A stretch of 64,000 nucleotides of DNA, from positions 55,813 to 119,812 of the forward strand of contig JBAYFY010000001.1 in NCBI GenBank assembly GCA_041666945.1, written 5' to 3'. Numbering within the stretch: position 1 is the first letter of the stretch; each line of letters begins with the position of its first letter. Origin of the DNA: Candidatus Buchananbacteria bacterium. GTDB taxonomy: Bacteria > Patescibacteriota > Patescibacteriia > 2-01-FULL-39-33. Of the stretch, positions 26,510 to 35,643 are shown piece after piece. The translations under genes were made by a program, and so were the position numbers. The notes under the pieces are model-generated. The model did not search any database and was not told the DNA's origin. It was given only the letters and a program-made list of their open reading frames with translations.

Positions 26510-26953
26510 ATGCAACAAGTGGTTGTGCCGCAATTTTTGGATGTTGAGGATAAAATTATCGGACCGATTTCCGTCCGTCAGTTTGTTGAGTTGATTGTCG
26601 GCGGATTAATTATCGTGATTTTTTATCGCATTTTTGATTTTTCTTTGTTTATCGTCTCCGGTTTGATAGTTTTGGCTATAACTTTAATCGTGGCCTTCGC
26701 CAAAATTAACGGCCAGCCCTTTCATTTATTCCTGCTTAATTTTATCCAGACCTTAAAAAATCCCAAGCTTAAAGTTTGGCGTAAATTTTTCACCCTGGAT
26801 GAAATAAAAGCCGATTTAATTAAGCCCAAAGAAGAAAAACCGCCGCTTCGGATGGCCGCGCGCCAGCCCGTCAGCAAATCCCGCCTGTCGGAAATCGCTT
26901 TGGTCATTGATACCGGCGGTGTCTACCAGGGAGAAAACGGAGTTAATGATTAA
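26510..26953 (+). CDS. PrgI-family / VirB3-like small two-TM T4SS membrane protein
   Basis: MQQVVVPQFLDVEDKIIGPISVRQFVELIVGGLIIVIF...FIVSGLIVLAITLIVAF. This is the typical size and topology, and it sits immediately upstream of VirB4. Confidence 0.55.
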   Translation: MQQVVVPQFLDVEDKIIGPISVRQFVELIVGGLIIVIFYRIFDFSLFIVSGLIVLAITLIVAFAKINGQPFHLFLLNFIQTLKNPKLKVWRKFFTLDEIKADLIKPKEEKPPLRMAARQPVSKSRLSEIALVIDTGGVYQGENGVND

Positions 26954-27001
26954 ATTAAACTTAGCCCGCCGGCGGGCGGATTATAAACCGAATTTTATTG
27001 T

Positions 27002-27685
27002 ATGGCTAAAAATCGACAAGCCACCAAAACCACCCCCTCAACCCAGAAATTCTTGCAGATAGCGGAGATCAGGGACGACACTATCGTAATGAAAGACGGC
27101 ACTTTGCGGTCAGTGATTTTGGTGTCCTCAATTAATTTTGCGCTTAAATCCGAAGACGAACAGAACGCCATTATTTCCGGTTATGTCAGTTTTTTGAATT
27201 CTTTGGATACGCCTCTGCAGATTATCATTCAATCGCGTCAACTGGATTTGGAATCATATCTGGAATTTTTAAAAGATGCCGAAACCAAACAAACAAATGA
27301 TTTGCTAAAAATGCAAATGGCCGAATATCGGCAATATATCACAGAATTGGTGGAATTGGGCAATATTATGACTAAACGATTTTTGGTCGTGGTGCCTTAC
27401 GAGCCCTTCCGGTCAAAAACCAGGAATTTTTGGCAGCGGAGCGGCGATATCCTGTCGCCGACAAAAGTTTTATCTTTGGGGCAAAAACAATTCATGCAAA
27501 GACAGCGGGAACTTTTAACCATAGTGGACAGGGTTTTAACCGGTTTGGCCAGCATGGGTTTGCGCGCCCAGGTTTTAGACACCCAATCATTAATTGAAAT
27601 TTTTTATAACACCTACAATCCGACTGTTTCTCGCAGTGAAAAATTGGTTGACGTTAATAAATTAAGAACCGAAGACCTCGTTTAA
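27002..27685 (+). CDS. VirB4-family ATPase, N-terminal domain fragment (split gene)
   Basis: IAEIRDDTIVMKDGTLRSVILVSSINFALKSEDEQNAIISGYVSFLNSLDTPLQIIIQS matches the N-domain of Gram-positive VirB4 (TcpF/PrgJ/TraE type). The stop lies 4 nt before the next ORF in another frame. Confidence 0.6.
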   Translation: MAKNRQATKTTPSTQKFLQIAEIRDDTIVMKDGTLRSVILVSSINFALKSEDEQNAIISGYVSFLNSLDTPLQIIIQSRQLDLESYLEFLKDAETKQTNDLLKMQMAEYRQYITELVELGNIMTKRFLVVVPYEPFRSKTRNFWQRSGDILSPTKVLSLGQKQFMQRQRELLTIVDRVLTGLASMGLRAQVLDTQSLIEIFYNTYNPTVSRSEKLVDVNKLRTEDLV

Positions 27686-27689
27686 TTTT

Positions 27690-29594
27690 ATGTTTACTCC
27701 CGAAGATATCAACAAACAAACAACCCCGCCGCCGGTCGGCTATGCTCCGCCGCCAGCGCCAACGCCGCAACAAAAGAAACAAACAGAACTCAAAGAGTTG
27801 CAAACGGCGCGTGAAGTTTTAGAAGAGGAGAGAATTTATCGGCGCGGCGTCGTTTCCGTCCGGGATTTAATAGCTCCGGCCGCTTTGGAAGTCAATTCCG
27901 ATCATATCAGGTTGGGTGAACTTTACATTAGGACCATCTTTGTTTTTGAATATCCGCGTTATATCGCTGTCGGCTGGTTTGCGCCGATTATCAATATGGA
28001 TATTGAGGCGGACATGGCCATGTATTTTTTTCCGGTCAAAGCCGCGGTCATTTTAAAGCAGCTAAAGAAAAAAGTCGGCGTATTAGAGGCGACAATTATT
28101 GGCGCGGCGGAAAAAGGCGCGCCTCGCGATCCTCTGGCCGAAACTGCTTTGCGCGATATGGAAAAGTTGCGCGATGATCTGACCCAGGGCATTGAGCATT
28201 TTTTCCAATTCTCGCTATATGTGACGCTATATGCCAAAACACTGGAGGAATTGGATAAGACCTCGGAACGCATTGAGAATTTTTTCGGCGGCACTTTGAT
28301 TTTCTCCCGCCGGGTATTCTATCAGGCCGAGCAAGGTTTCAATTCCACTTTGCCCATGGCGTATGACGAACTCCAGGTTTATATCAACCTTAATTCTTCA
28401 CCGGCCGCTTCTTCCTTCCCGTTCGTTTCTTCCGATTTGACTTCCGATCATGGCATTCTGTACGGCATCAACCGCCACAATAACAGCTTAATCCTGTTTG
28501 ACCGTTTTTCCCTGCAGAACGCCAACTCCGTGGTGTTTGCCACTTCCGGCGCCGGCAAGTCCTATACGATTAAATTAGAGGTCTTGCGCAGCATGATGTT
28601 CGGCACCGATGTGATTATCATTGATCCGGAACGCGAATATAACCATTTGTGCGAAGCTGTTGGCGGCACTTACATTGACATCTCGCTTAATTCTGAAGGC
28701 AAAATCAATCCTTTTGATCTGCCTCGCGCTATTGGCGAAGACGCCAAACCGGCGGATATTATCCGCAATGCCGTTATCACTGTTAAGGGGCTGGTGCGAT
28801 TAATGATTGGTGATGTGACGCCGGAAGAGGACTCCATTATTGACCGCGCGCTATTAGAGACCTATGCCAAGAAAGATATTACGCCCGATGCCGATTTACG
28901 CACCGTGGAGCCGCCCATTATGCAGGATTTCCAGGATATCCTGGAGGGCATGGAAGGCGGCAACAATATTGTTTTGCGGCTCAAGAAATACACTGAAGGC
29001 ACTTTCTCCGGCTTGCTCAATCATCCGACTAACGTCCAATTGAATAATCAGCTGGTGGTTTTTTCCGTCCGCGATTTGGAAGATGAACTAAAGCCGCTGG
29101 CGATTTACACCATTGTCAATTATATTTGGAATATTGTCCGTTCGGAAATGAAGAAAAGGATTTTGGTGGTGGATGAGGCCTGGTGGCTGATGCAACGCGA
29201 GGATTCGGCCAAATTTATTTTTGCTTTAGTCAAGCGTTGCCGCAAATATTACTTGGGCGTTACGACTATCACCCAGGATGTCAATGATTTTCTGACTTCT
29301 CCCTACGGCCAAGCCATCGTCAATAATTCCGCCATTCAATTGCTGCTCAAGCAATCTCCGGCGGCCATTGATTTGGTGCAAAAAACGTTCCTATTAACCG
29401 AGGGCGAAAAATATTTGCTATTGGAGGGCGCGGTAGGCGAAGGCATTTTCTTTGCCGGCGCCAAACATGTGGCGGTTAAAGTTGTGGCTTCCTATTCCGA
29501 AGACCAATTGATTACTTCCGACCCGCGGCAATTATTGGAAATTGAGGCGGCCAAGAAAGAGTTTGCCGAAGCGATGCTGTCGCAGAATAATTAG
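27690..29594 (+). CDS. VirB4-family T4SS ATPase, central and C-terminal ATPase portion
   Basis: ...YIRTIFVFEYPRYIAVGWFAPIIN..., Walker A FATSGAGKSYT, Walker B LVVDEAWWLM, and ...GVTTITQDVNDF. Confidence 0.85.
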   Translation: MFTPEDINKQTTPPPVGYAPPPAPTPQQKKQTELKELQTAREVLEEERIYRRGVVSVRDLIAPAALEVNSDHIRLGELYIRTIFVFEYPRYIAVGWFAPIINMDIEADMAMYFFPVKAAVILKQLKKKVGVLEATIIGAAEKGAPRDPLAETALRDMEKLRDDLTQGIEHFFQFSLYVTLYAKTLEELDKTSERIENFFGGTLIFSRRVFYQAEQGFNSTLPMAYDELQVYINLNSSPAASSFPFVSSDLTSDHGILYGINRHNNSLILFDRFSLQNANSVVFATSGAGKSYTIKLEVLRSMMFGTDVIIIDPEREYNHLCEAVGGTYIDISLNSEGKINPFDLPRAIGEDAKPADIIRNAVITVKGLVRLMIGDVTPEEDSIIDRALLETYAKKDITPDADLRTVEPPIMQDFQDILEGMEGGNNIVLRLKKYTEGTFSGLLNHPTNVQLNNQLVVFSVRDLEDELKPLAIYTIVNYIWNIVRSEMKKRILVVDEAWWLMQREDSAKFIFALVKRCRKYYLGVTTITQDVNDFLTSPYGQAIVNNSAIQLLLKQSPAAIDLVQKTFLLTEGEKYLLLEGAVGEGIFFAGAKHVAVKVVASYSEDQLITSDPRQLLEIEAAKKEFAEAMLSQNN

Positions 29595-29659
29595 CAACCA
29601 AGAGGCGAGCAGCGGCTAAACGGCAATAACAAAAAGAAGAAAATAATCTAAATTTTTAT

Positions 29660-30229
29660 ATGCTTGAAGATCGACGACGATTGGTACTGATTATTTTAGC
29701 TATTGCCATAGTGCTATCTTTAGCAGTAGCTTTATGGTTGATATTCGGACCTCAAAAAAAACCCCAGAATCAACAAACCGGGTCGACACCGCAGGTGGAG
29801 ACAGGTGGCAGCGCCGCTACTTTCGGCTTGCCGGCAGCGCCGCCGGAGCGTTTGGAACAGGAAAACGATTATCCCATCGGCTTAAAGCAATTAGCCATGT
29901 CTTTTGCCGAACGCTATGGCAGTTATTCCACTGACGAACCGCAAAAAAATATCAAGGATTTGGAATCGCTTATGACTGTGACAATGTATAAAACGTCTTT
30001 GGCCCAAACGCCGGTTATCGGCGCGGCCGGGTTTTCCGGTTACTCGGTCAAAGCGCTTTCTGCCGATTTGCAAAGCGTAAAAACCGATTCAGCGGCAGTA
30101 TTAGTCAAAACCCAAGTCACGCAAACCAGCGGCGACGGCATTACGCCCAATGTTTACTATCGCAACTTGCAATTAACTTTTATTAAATCCGGCACAGAAT
30201 GGCTGGTGAATCAGGCGAAATGGCAATAA
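29660..30229 (+). CDS. Small bitopic membrane protein (189 aa), possible VirB8-like/NTF2-like T4SS component
   Basis: N-terminal TM LVLIILAIAIVLSLAVALWLIF plus a ~150-aa extracytoplasmic domain. Its position is right after VirB4. The assignment rests on topology and context only. Confidence 0.5.
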   Translation: MLEDRRRLVLIILAIAIVLSLAVALWLIFGPQKKPQNQQTGSTPQVETGGSAATFGLPAAPPERLEQENDYPIGLKQLAMSFAERYGSYSTDEPQKNIKDLESLMTVTMYKTSLAQTPVIGAAGFSGYSVKALSADLQSVKTDSAAVLVKTQVTQTSGDGITPNVYYRNLQLTFIKSGTEWLVNQAKWQ

Positions 30230-30879
30230 ACAATATTAAAGAACAGATCGCCGATTTGTTGTTTCCGCGTTACTGCCTAAGCTGTCGGCGGGAAGGTGAG
30301 TGGTTGTGCGAGAAGTGCTTGATAACTTTGCCGGTCGGAAAAAGGCAATTGTTTTTGCCGGTCGGTGTTGGTGGAATAGAAGTTACGGCTTTATTTGATT
30401 ATGATCAATTACTGATGGGCAAGATTATCGCCGCCTTAAAATATAATTTTGCCTTTGATCTGTCGCGAACCGTTCATCGTTTGGTGAGTGAAGTAAAATT
30501 GACAGAACAAATAGGCAATGATCCCACAGTTTTAGTTCCAGTGCCCCTGCATCGTCGTCGGTATCTTTGGCGCGGATTTAATCAGGCGGAAATAATCGCA
30601 CAAGCCCTGGCGGCCGCTAATTCTTCTTGGTCAGTTTGTCCGGATTTGCTTAGGCGAGTTATTTACTCTAAGCCGCAAGTCGGACAAAAACAAAAAGATC
30701 GGGTTAGAAGCGTGCAAGGAGTGTTCCGGATCAATTTGGAGCGATTAAGCGATAATTGGAATAAACGTATTATCTTGGTTGATGATGTTTTAACCACGGG
30801 CTCTACTTTAAGCGAATGCGCCGAAGTTTTAAAAACCGCTGGATTCGCTGAAATTAGCGGTTTTGTCTTGGCTACATGA
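30220..30879 (+). CDS. comFC: ComF family protein (ComFC; phosphoribosyltransferase-domain competence protein)
   Basis: N-terminal zinc finger CLSCRREGEWLCEKC and PRTase motif ILVDDVLTTGSTLSE. Start at MAINNIKEQ, overlapping the upstream ORF by 10 nt. Confidence 0.85.
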   Translation: MAINNIKEQIADLLFPRYCLSCRREGEWLCEKCLITLPVGKRQLFLPVGVGGIEVTALFDYDQLLMGKIIAALKYNFAFDLSRTVHRLVSEVKLTEQIGNDPTVLVPVPLHRRRYLWRGFNQAEIIAQALAAANSSWSVCPDLLRRVIYSKPQVGQKQKDRVRSVQGVFRINLERLSDNWNKRIILVDDVLTTGSTLSECAEVLKTAGFAEISGFVLAT

Positions 30880-30938
30880 TGGACGGGGGCTTTACAAAAG
30901 ACATGCTTTTATGATAGAATAAGCAGGTTGCGTTGTTT

Positions 30939-31030
30939 GGAGAGATGGCCGAGTGGCTGAAGGCGGCGGTTTGCTAAACCGTTGTACGTCTATTATGGGC
31001 GTACCGAGGGTTCGAATCCCTCTCTCTCCG
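30939..31030 (+). tRNA. tRNA-Ser (anticodon GCU), class II with a long variable arm
   Basis: Cloverleaf folded by hand. Acceptor GGAGAGA/TCTCTCC, anticodon loop TTGCTAA, variable-arm hairpin GTACG/CGTAC, T arm GAGGG-TTCGAAT-CCCTC. No encoded CCA. Confidence 0.88.
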
Positions 31031-31077
31031 AATGTACTCTTGAAAGGGTAAACTTTACAATATAATTAACATAAAAT

Positions 31078-31314
31078 ATGTATTCACAACTCTATTCCCA
31101 AAACCCATGGATTATAGTCCTGATGCTGGTTTTGGCGCTTTGGACAATTCCTTGGAAAGGTTTAGCGCTTTGGAAATCGGCTCGTCGTGGCGATACTGCT
31201 TGGTTTATTGTTCTCTTACTGGTTAACACTCTGGGTATCTTGGAAATCCTGTACATTTACGCCTTTAGCGGCAAGAAAGAGAAGAAAGAAGAACCGGTAA
31301 CTCCAGTCGTTTAA
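31078..31314 (+). CDS. Small two-TM membrane protein (PLDc_N/DUF-type)
   Basis: 78 aa. WIIVLMLVLALWTIPWKGLALWKSARRGDTAWFIVLLLVNTLGILEILYIYAF. Confidence 0.55.
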   Translation: MYSQLYSQNPWIIVLMLVLALWTIPWKGLALWKSARRGDTAWFIVLLLVNTLGILEILYIYAFSGKKEKKEEPVTPVV

Positions 31315-31411
31315 GTACCGGCATCAGGACTAAACCAAAAAAAGAGCGGGAGTGACTGGCAGCAGCCGCTGCGTCATTGTATTTTATGTATCTTAGAAAA
31401 GAAGCAAAGAT

Positions 31412-31498
31412 GGAGAGGTGGCAGAGCGGTTGAATGCGTCAGTCTTGAAAACTGAAGTCCCCTTAAAAGGACCGCGAGTTCGAATCTCGCCCTCTCCG
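31412..31498 (+). tRNA. tRNA-Ser (anticodon UGA), class II
   Basis: Acceptor GGAGAGG/CCTCTCC, anticodon loop CTTGAAA, T arm GCGAG-TTCGAAT-CTCGC. Confidence 0.88.
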
Positions 31499-31537
31499 AA
31501 ATAAAAGCACCTGCAATTATTTAATCACATATAGTAT

Positions 31538-32038
31538 ATGCCTCAAAATGAAAAAACCTTAGAACAGCTTAGTCGCGTGGTTTTTTCCTGGCAGTATCCG
31601 GAATTTGTCGTCTATCATAAAGATAAGCGTTGGTATGTCATCTCGCTTATAGTATTGGTCTTGGCTTTGGCTTGGACGATTTATGACAAGAATTATTTAT
31701 TCAGCGCTTTCTTATTGTTGTTTTATTTATTGGTTATATTTTATGAGAGCCGGCAACCGGAAATGATTGATTTTACTATCACGGAAGACGGGGTAAAATC
31801 AGGCGACAATTTTTATTATTTCAAAGATATTGATCATTTTTATGTTGTTTACCAGGCGCAAGGCGTAAAAAATCTTTACTTGGAATTCCGCAATCCTTTG
31901 CGCAGCCGTTTGATTGTGCCGCTGGTCGGCCAGAATGCCGTGGCCGTCAGAGATTTTTTATTGCAACATTTAGCGGAAGATCTGGAACGGGAAGCCGAAC
32001 CTCTTTCCGAGCAATTAAGGCGCTGGCTTAGATTGTAG
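31538..32038 (+). CDS. Hypothetical membrane protein (166 aa)
   Basis: ORF with two adjacent TM helices (WYVISLIVLVLALAWTI / FSAFLLLFYLLVIFY). Confidence 0.5.
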   Translation: MPQNEKTLEQLSRVVFSWQYPEFVVYHKDKRWYVISLIVLVLALAWTIYDKNYLFSAFLLLFYLLVIFYESRQPEMIDFTITEDGVKSGDNFYYFKDIDHFYVVYQAQGVKNLYLEFRNPLRSRLIVPLVGQNAVAVRDFLLQHLAEDLEREAEPLSEQLRRWLRL

Positions 32039-32118
32039 GACTTGATTTATATCGGCAAAAATGATAAGATATGAATCTGTTTCAAAAAGCTGTTTTTGGG
32101 ACAGATTATTAGTATCAT

Positions 32119-32192
32119 GTACCCGTAGCTTAGCTGGATAAAGCGTCGGCTTGCGGAGCCGGAGACCACAGGTTCAAATCCTGTCGGGTACA
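32119..32192 (+). tRNA. tRNA-Arg (anticodon read as GCG)
   Basis: Acceptor GTACCCG/CGGGTAC, D stem GCTT/AAGC, anticodon stem TCGGC/GCCGG with loop TTGCGGA, T arm ACAGG-TTCAAAT-CCTGT, A20 and C35 present. The isotype call is less certain than the tRNA itself. Confidence 0.75.
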
Positions 32193-32235
32193 CAATTAGT
32201 TAAAATTTTATAAAGTCGAAAGTCCATAAAGTTAG

Positions 32236-34314
32236 ATGCTAATCCGACTTCCTTCTATGAACTTATCACTTGATAGCCAGATCAGCCAGATTAGCCCTTA
32301 CGCCAAGCGGTTGGCTAATAAATTAAAGAAGTTAAACATTGAGACCGTTCGGGATCTCATTTTTTATTATCCTTTTCGTTACGAAGATTACAGCCGTTTG
32401 TCCAAAATAGCTGATTTGCGCGAGGGCTTGGAAGCGGCGGTAGTCGGACGTTTGGAATTGGTAGCCAATCGCCGCAGCCACCGGCAGAGAAAAATCATCA
32501 CTGAAGCGGTTTTGACTGACGATAGCGGCTCCATTAAGCTCGTTTGGTTTAATCAGCCCTGGGTGGGCAAAACCCTAACTGGCGGGGAAATTGTCAGGGT
32601 TTACGGCAAAGTTAGCGGGGATATGTTTAATTTGCATTTTAATTCCCCCAATTATGAGCGCGCGACCGCTATCGCTCCGGGAATTGTGCCGGTTTATCCT
32701 TTGACTTCCGGTCTAAGCAATAAACAATTGCGTTTTTTATTGTCCACGCTTAAGCCGCTTTTGGCAAAAGTTTACGATTATCTGCCTATTGAGATAATTA
32801 AACGGCAGAATTTGATCAATCTGTCATCCGCTCTGATTAATATTCATTGGCCGGAAAATGCCAGCGCCTTGGCCGCGGCGCGTCATCGTTTGGCCTTTGA
32901 TGAACTGTTTCTACTTCAAACCTGGTCGCAAATACTGCGACGCAATCTGAAAGAGTTGCAGGCGCCGGCGATTGAATTCAAGGAAACGAAAATAAAAGAA
33001 TTCATAGCGCAGTTGCCGTTTGAATTGATGTTGGACCAAAAGCGCGCCGCTTGGGAAATTATCAAGGACTTGGCTAAGACCGAGCCCATGAATCGGTTGA
33101 TGGAAGGCGATGTCGGTTCGGGAAAAACCGTAGTGGCTTTGATCGCCATGTATAATACTATCTTAAACGGCCAACAGGCGGTCTTGATGGCGCCGACCGA
33201 AATCCTTGCTAATCAGCATTATCAAAATTTAAGCCGGCTGTTAGCCGGTTATAAAATTAATACCGGCCTATTGACCCGAACACAAAAAGTGTTCAATAAT
33301 GGAGAGGTTGGTAAAAAAGAATTTTTAAATAAAATAGCCGCCGGGGGAATAGATTTGATTGTCGGTACTCATGCCCTGATTCAGAAAGAGGTGGTTTTTA
33401 AACAACTGGGGCTGGTCGTCGTAGATGAACAGCATCGCTTTGGCGTCAAACAAAGACAGGAATTAAAGCAGAAGGGCGCCGGCAATAAAATTCCGCATTT
33501 TTTATCTTTAACCGCCACGCCCATACCGCGTTCTTTGGCTTTGATAGTTTACGGCGATTTGGATTTGTCCATCATTCGGGAAATGCCCAAAGGCAGGAAA
33601 GCGATTATAACCAAGGTGGTACCGCCGGATAAACGACTGTTGGCTTATGAATTCCTTGGCAAACAAGCGGCCGCCGGCCGGCAGATATTTGTGATTTGCC
33701 CCTTAATTGACCCTTCGGATAAGCTGGGTGTGCGATCGGTTACCGAAGAATTCCATAAATTAGATAAAGAAGTTTTCCCGCAGCTCCCGGTAGGGTTACT
33801 GCATGGAAAACTGAAGACGGAAGAAAAAGAGGAAGTGATGGCTCGGTTTAAGGATAATGAAGTAAAAATTTTAGTTTCCACTTCAGTGGTGGAAGTCGGG
33901 GTGGATATCCCTAACGCTACCGTCATGATGATCGAAGGCGCGGAAAGATTCGGTTTGAGCCAGTTGCATCAATTCCGCGGTCGCGTGGGGCGAGGGGAGA
34001 GTCAATCGTACTGTTTTTTGTTTTCTGAAGATCCCTCGGATCGGGCTTTGGCGCGATTGAATTATTTGTCGCAAACCACCGACGGTTTTGCTTTGGCTGA
34101 ATACGATATGAAACAACGCGGCGGCGGCAATGTTTTCGGCCTGGAGCAATCGGGCTTTATTGATAATTTAAAAATCGCCGATCCCGGCGATTTGGCTTTA
34201 GCGAAAAAAGCGCGCGATGCCGCTAAAGATTTTACGGCTGAATTCAAATTGGAAGATTTTCCTCGGTTAGCCGAAGCGGTCAGTCAGTTCGGTTTGACGG
34301 CACACTTAGAGTAG
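32236..34314 (+). CDS. recG: ATP-dependent DNA helicase RecG
   Basis: Wedge/OB N-terminus. Helicase motifs DVGSGKTVVAL and VVVDEQHRFGV, and ...VSTSVVEVGVDIPNATVMMIEGAERFGLSQLHQFRGRVGRG. Confidence 0.9.
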   Translation: MLIRLPSMNLSLDSQISQISPYAKRLANKLKKLNIETVRDLIFYYPFRYEDYSRLSKIADLREGLEAAVVGRLELVANRRSHRQRKIITEAVLTDDSGSIKLVWFNQPWVGKTLTGGEIVRVYGKVSGDMFNLHFNSPNYERATAIAPGIVPVYPLTSGLSNKQLRFLLSTLKPLLAKVYDYLPIEIIKRQNLINLSSALINIHWPENASALAAARHRLAFDELFLLQTWSQILRRNLKELQAPAIEFKETKIKEFIAQLPFELMLDQKRAAWEIIKDLAKTEPMNRLMEGDVGSGKTVVALIAMYNTILNGQQAVLMAPTEILANQHYQNLSRLLAGYKINTGLLTRTQKVFNNGEVGKKEFLNKIAAGGIDLIVGTHALIQKEVVFKQLGLVVVDEQHRFGVKQRQELKQKGAGNKIPHFLSLTATPIPRSLALIVYGDLDLSIIREMPKGRKAIITKVVPPDKRLLAYEFLGKQAAAGRQIFVICPLIDPSDKLGVRSVTEEFHKLDKEVFPQLPVGLLHGKLKTEEKEEVMARFKDNEVKILVSTSVVEVGVDIPNATVMMIEGAERFGLSQLHQFRGRVGRGESQSYCFLFSEDPSDRALARLNYLSQTTDGFALAEYDMKQRGGGNVFGLEQSGFIDNLKIADPGDLALAKKARDAAKDFTAEFKLEDFPRLAEAVSQFGLTAHLE

Positions 34315-35637
34315 TCCCATTATCTCGCTAACATGCTTTACGGGTAGAAGTTTTAGTTTTTCCGCCGTTGCTTCCTGCCGAGCGGGGATAATGGCTTTAA
34401 TATAGCCGAGGCGCTCCGCTTCCTTAAGCCGGCGGGTTAATTGCGGCACGGTACGGATCTCCCCGGATAGTCCCACCTCGCCTAAAATCAAGGTTTTGCC
34501 GGGCAAGGGCTTTTCCATAAAAGCGGAAACAATTGCCGCAGCCACCGCCAGATCCGCTGACGGTTCTTTTATTTTTAAGCCGCCGGCGACATTAAGATAA
34601 ACGTCCTGGTTGCTTAAGTTAACTTTATTGTATTTGCCAATAACCGCCAGAAGCATCTGCAGGCGATTAAGATCAAAGCCCGTGGTTTTGCGTTGCGGAT
34701 AACCGAAAAAGGTCTTGGCGGTTAACGATTGTACCTCCACGAGAAACGGCCTGGTGCCCTCAAGCACCATGGTAGCGCCGATGCCCGGGTTGCCCGATGA
34801 CAGTTCTTTATCGGCAAAAATTCCCGCCGGATCGTTGACCTCTTTTAGTCCGCCGCCGGTCATTTCAAAAACCCCGATTTCGCCCACGGCGCCGAAACGG
34901 TTTTTGACGGCTCGTAAGATTTTAAAATTATTTTGCGCGTCATTTTCCAGATACATCACCGTATCCACTAAGTGTTCCAAAGTTTTCGGTCCGGCGACTT
35001 GGCCGTCTTTGGTGACATGGCCGATAATTAGGACGGCGATGTTGTTTATTTTGGCCAGCGACATCAGTTTGGCGGTGCAGGACGTGATTTGCCCCACGTT
35101 GCCGGCCGCGCCGGGAGAGTCAGCCGTGTAGACCGTCTGAATTGAGTCCACTATTAATAATTGCGGCTTAAGCGCGGTGGCCGTGGCGATGACGGCGTCG
35201 ATATCGGTTTGCGGCAAAAATTTTAATTTGCTCAAATCATTAGTTAAGCGTTCGGCGCGCATTTTTATTTGCGCCGCCGATTCCTCGCCGGAAACATACA
35301 AGACGGAATTAAGTTGGCCAACCAATTGCAAAGCTAAAGTGGATTTGCCGATTCCCGGGTCGCCGCCTAAAAGCATTAAAGCGCCATTAACAATGCCGCC
35401 GCCCAAAACGCGATCTACTTCGTTCAGGCCGGTAAGGGTTCTGGTTTCTTTGCCCCCGATTATGGTTGATAAGTCAATAGTTTCTTCCGCTCGGGCCGTA
35501 TTAGCCGAATTTTCTGATTTTTTTCGTTCTTCAGACAAAGTCCCCCAAGCGCCACAATCAAGACAGCGCCCTTGCCACTTAGGGTATTGGGCGCCGCATT
35601 TGGAACAGGAAAAGACGGTTTTGATGTTGGCTGGCAT
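34306..35637 (-). CDS. radA: DNA repair protein RadA/Sms
   Basis: N-terminal zinc finger CSKCGAQYPKWQGRCLDCGAW, RecA-like Walker A GGDPGIGKSTLALQ, KNRFG motif, and a Lon-like C-terminal domain. The stop overlaps recG by 9 nt (convergent). Confidence 0.9.
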   Translation of the reverse strand: MPANIKTVFSCSKCGAQYPKWQGRCLDCGAWGTLSEERKKSENSANTARAEETIDLSTIIGGKETRTLTGLNEVDRVLGGGIVNGALMLLGGDPGIGKSTLALQLVGQLNSVLYVSGEESAAQIKMRAERLTNDLSKLKFLPQTDIDAVIATATALKPQLLIVDSIQTVYTADSPGAAGNVGQITSCTAKLMSLAKINNIAVLIIGHVTKDGQVAGPKTLEHLVDTVMYLENDAQNNFKILRAVKNRFGAVGEIGVFEMTGGGLKEVNDPAGIFADKELSSGNPGIGATMVLEGTRPFLVEVQSLTAKTFFGYPQRKTTGFDLNRLQMLLAVIGKYNKVNLSNQDVYLNVAGGLKIKEPSADLAVAAAIVSAFMEKPLPGKTLILGEVGLSGEIRTVPQLTRRLKEAERLGYIKAIIPARQEATAEKLKLLPVKHVSEIMGLL

Positions 35638-35643
35638 AATTGT

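Noticed and set aside
27002-29594. Treating the 227-aa ORF as an independent small protein unrelated to VirB4
   Set aside because: Its sequence matches the N-domain that canonical ~800-aa Gram-positive VirB4 proteins carry before the ...YIRT.F...YPR...GW... segment. That segment begins the second ORF.
31320-31411. GCAGCAGCCGCTGC hairpin after the small membrane-protein gene as a terminator
   Set aside because: Only 5 bp with no convincing U-run. It was left unannotated.
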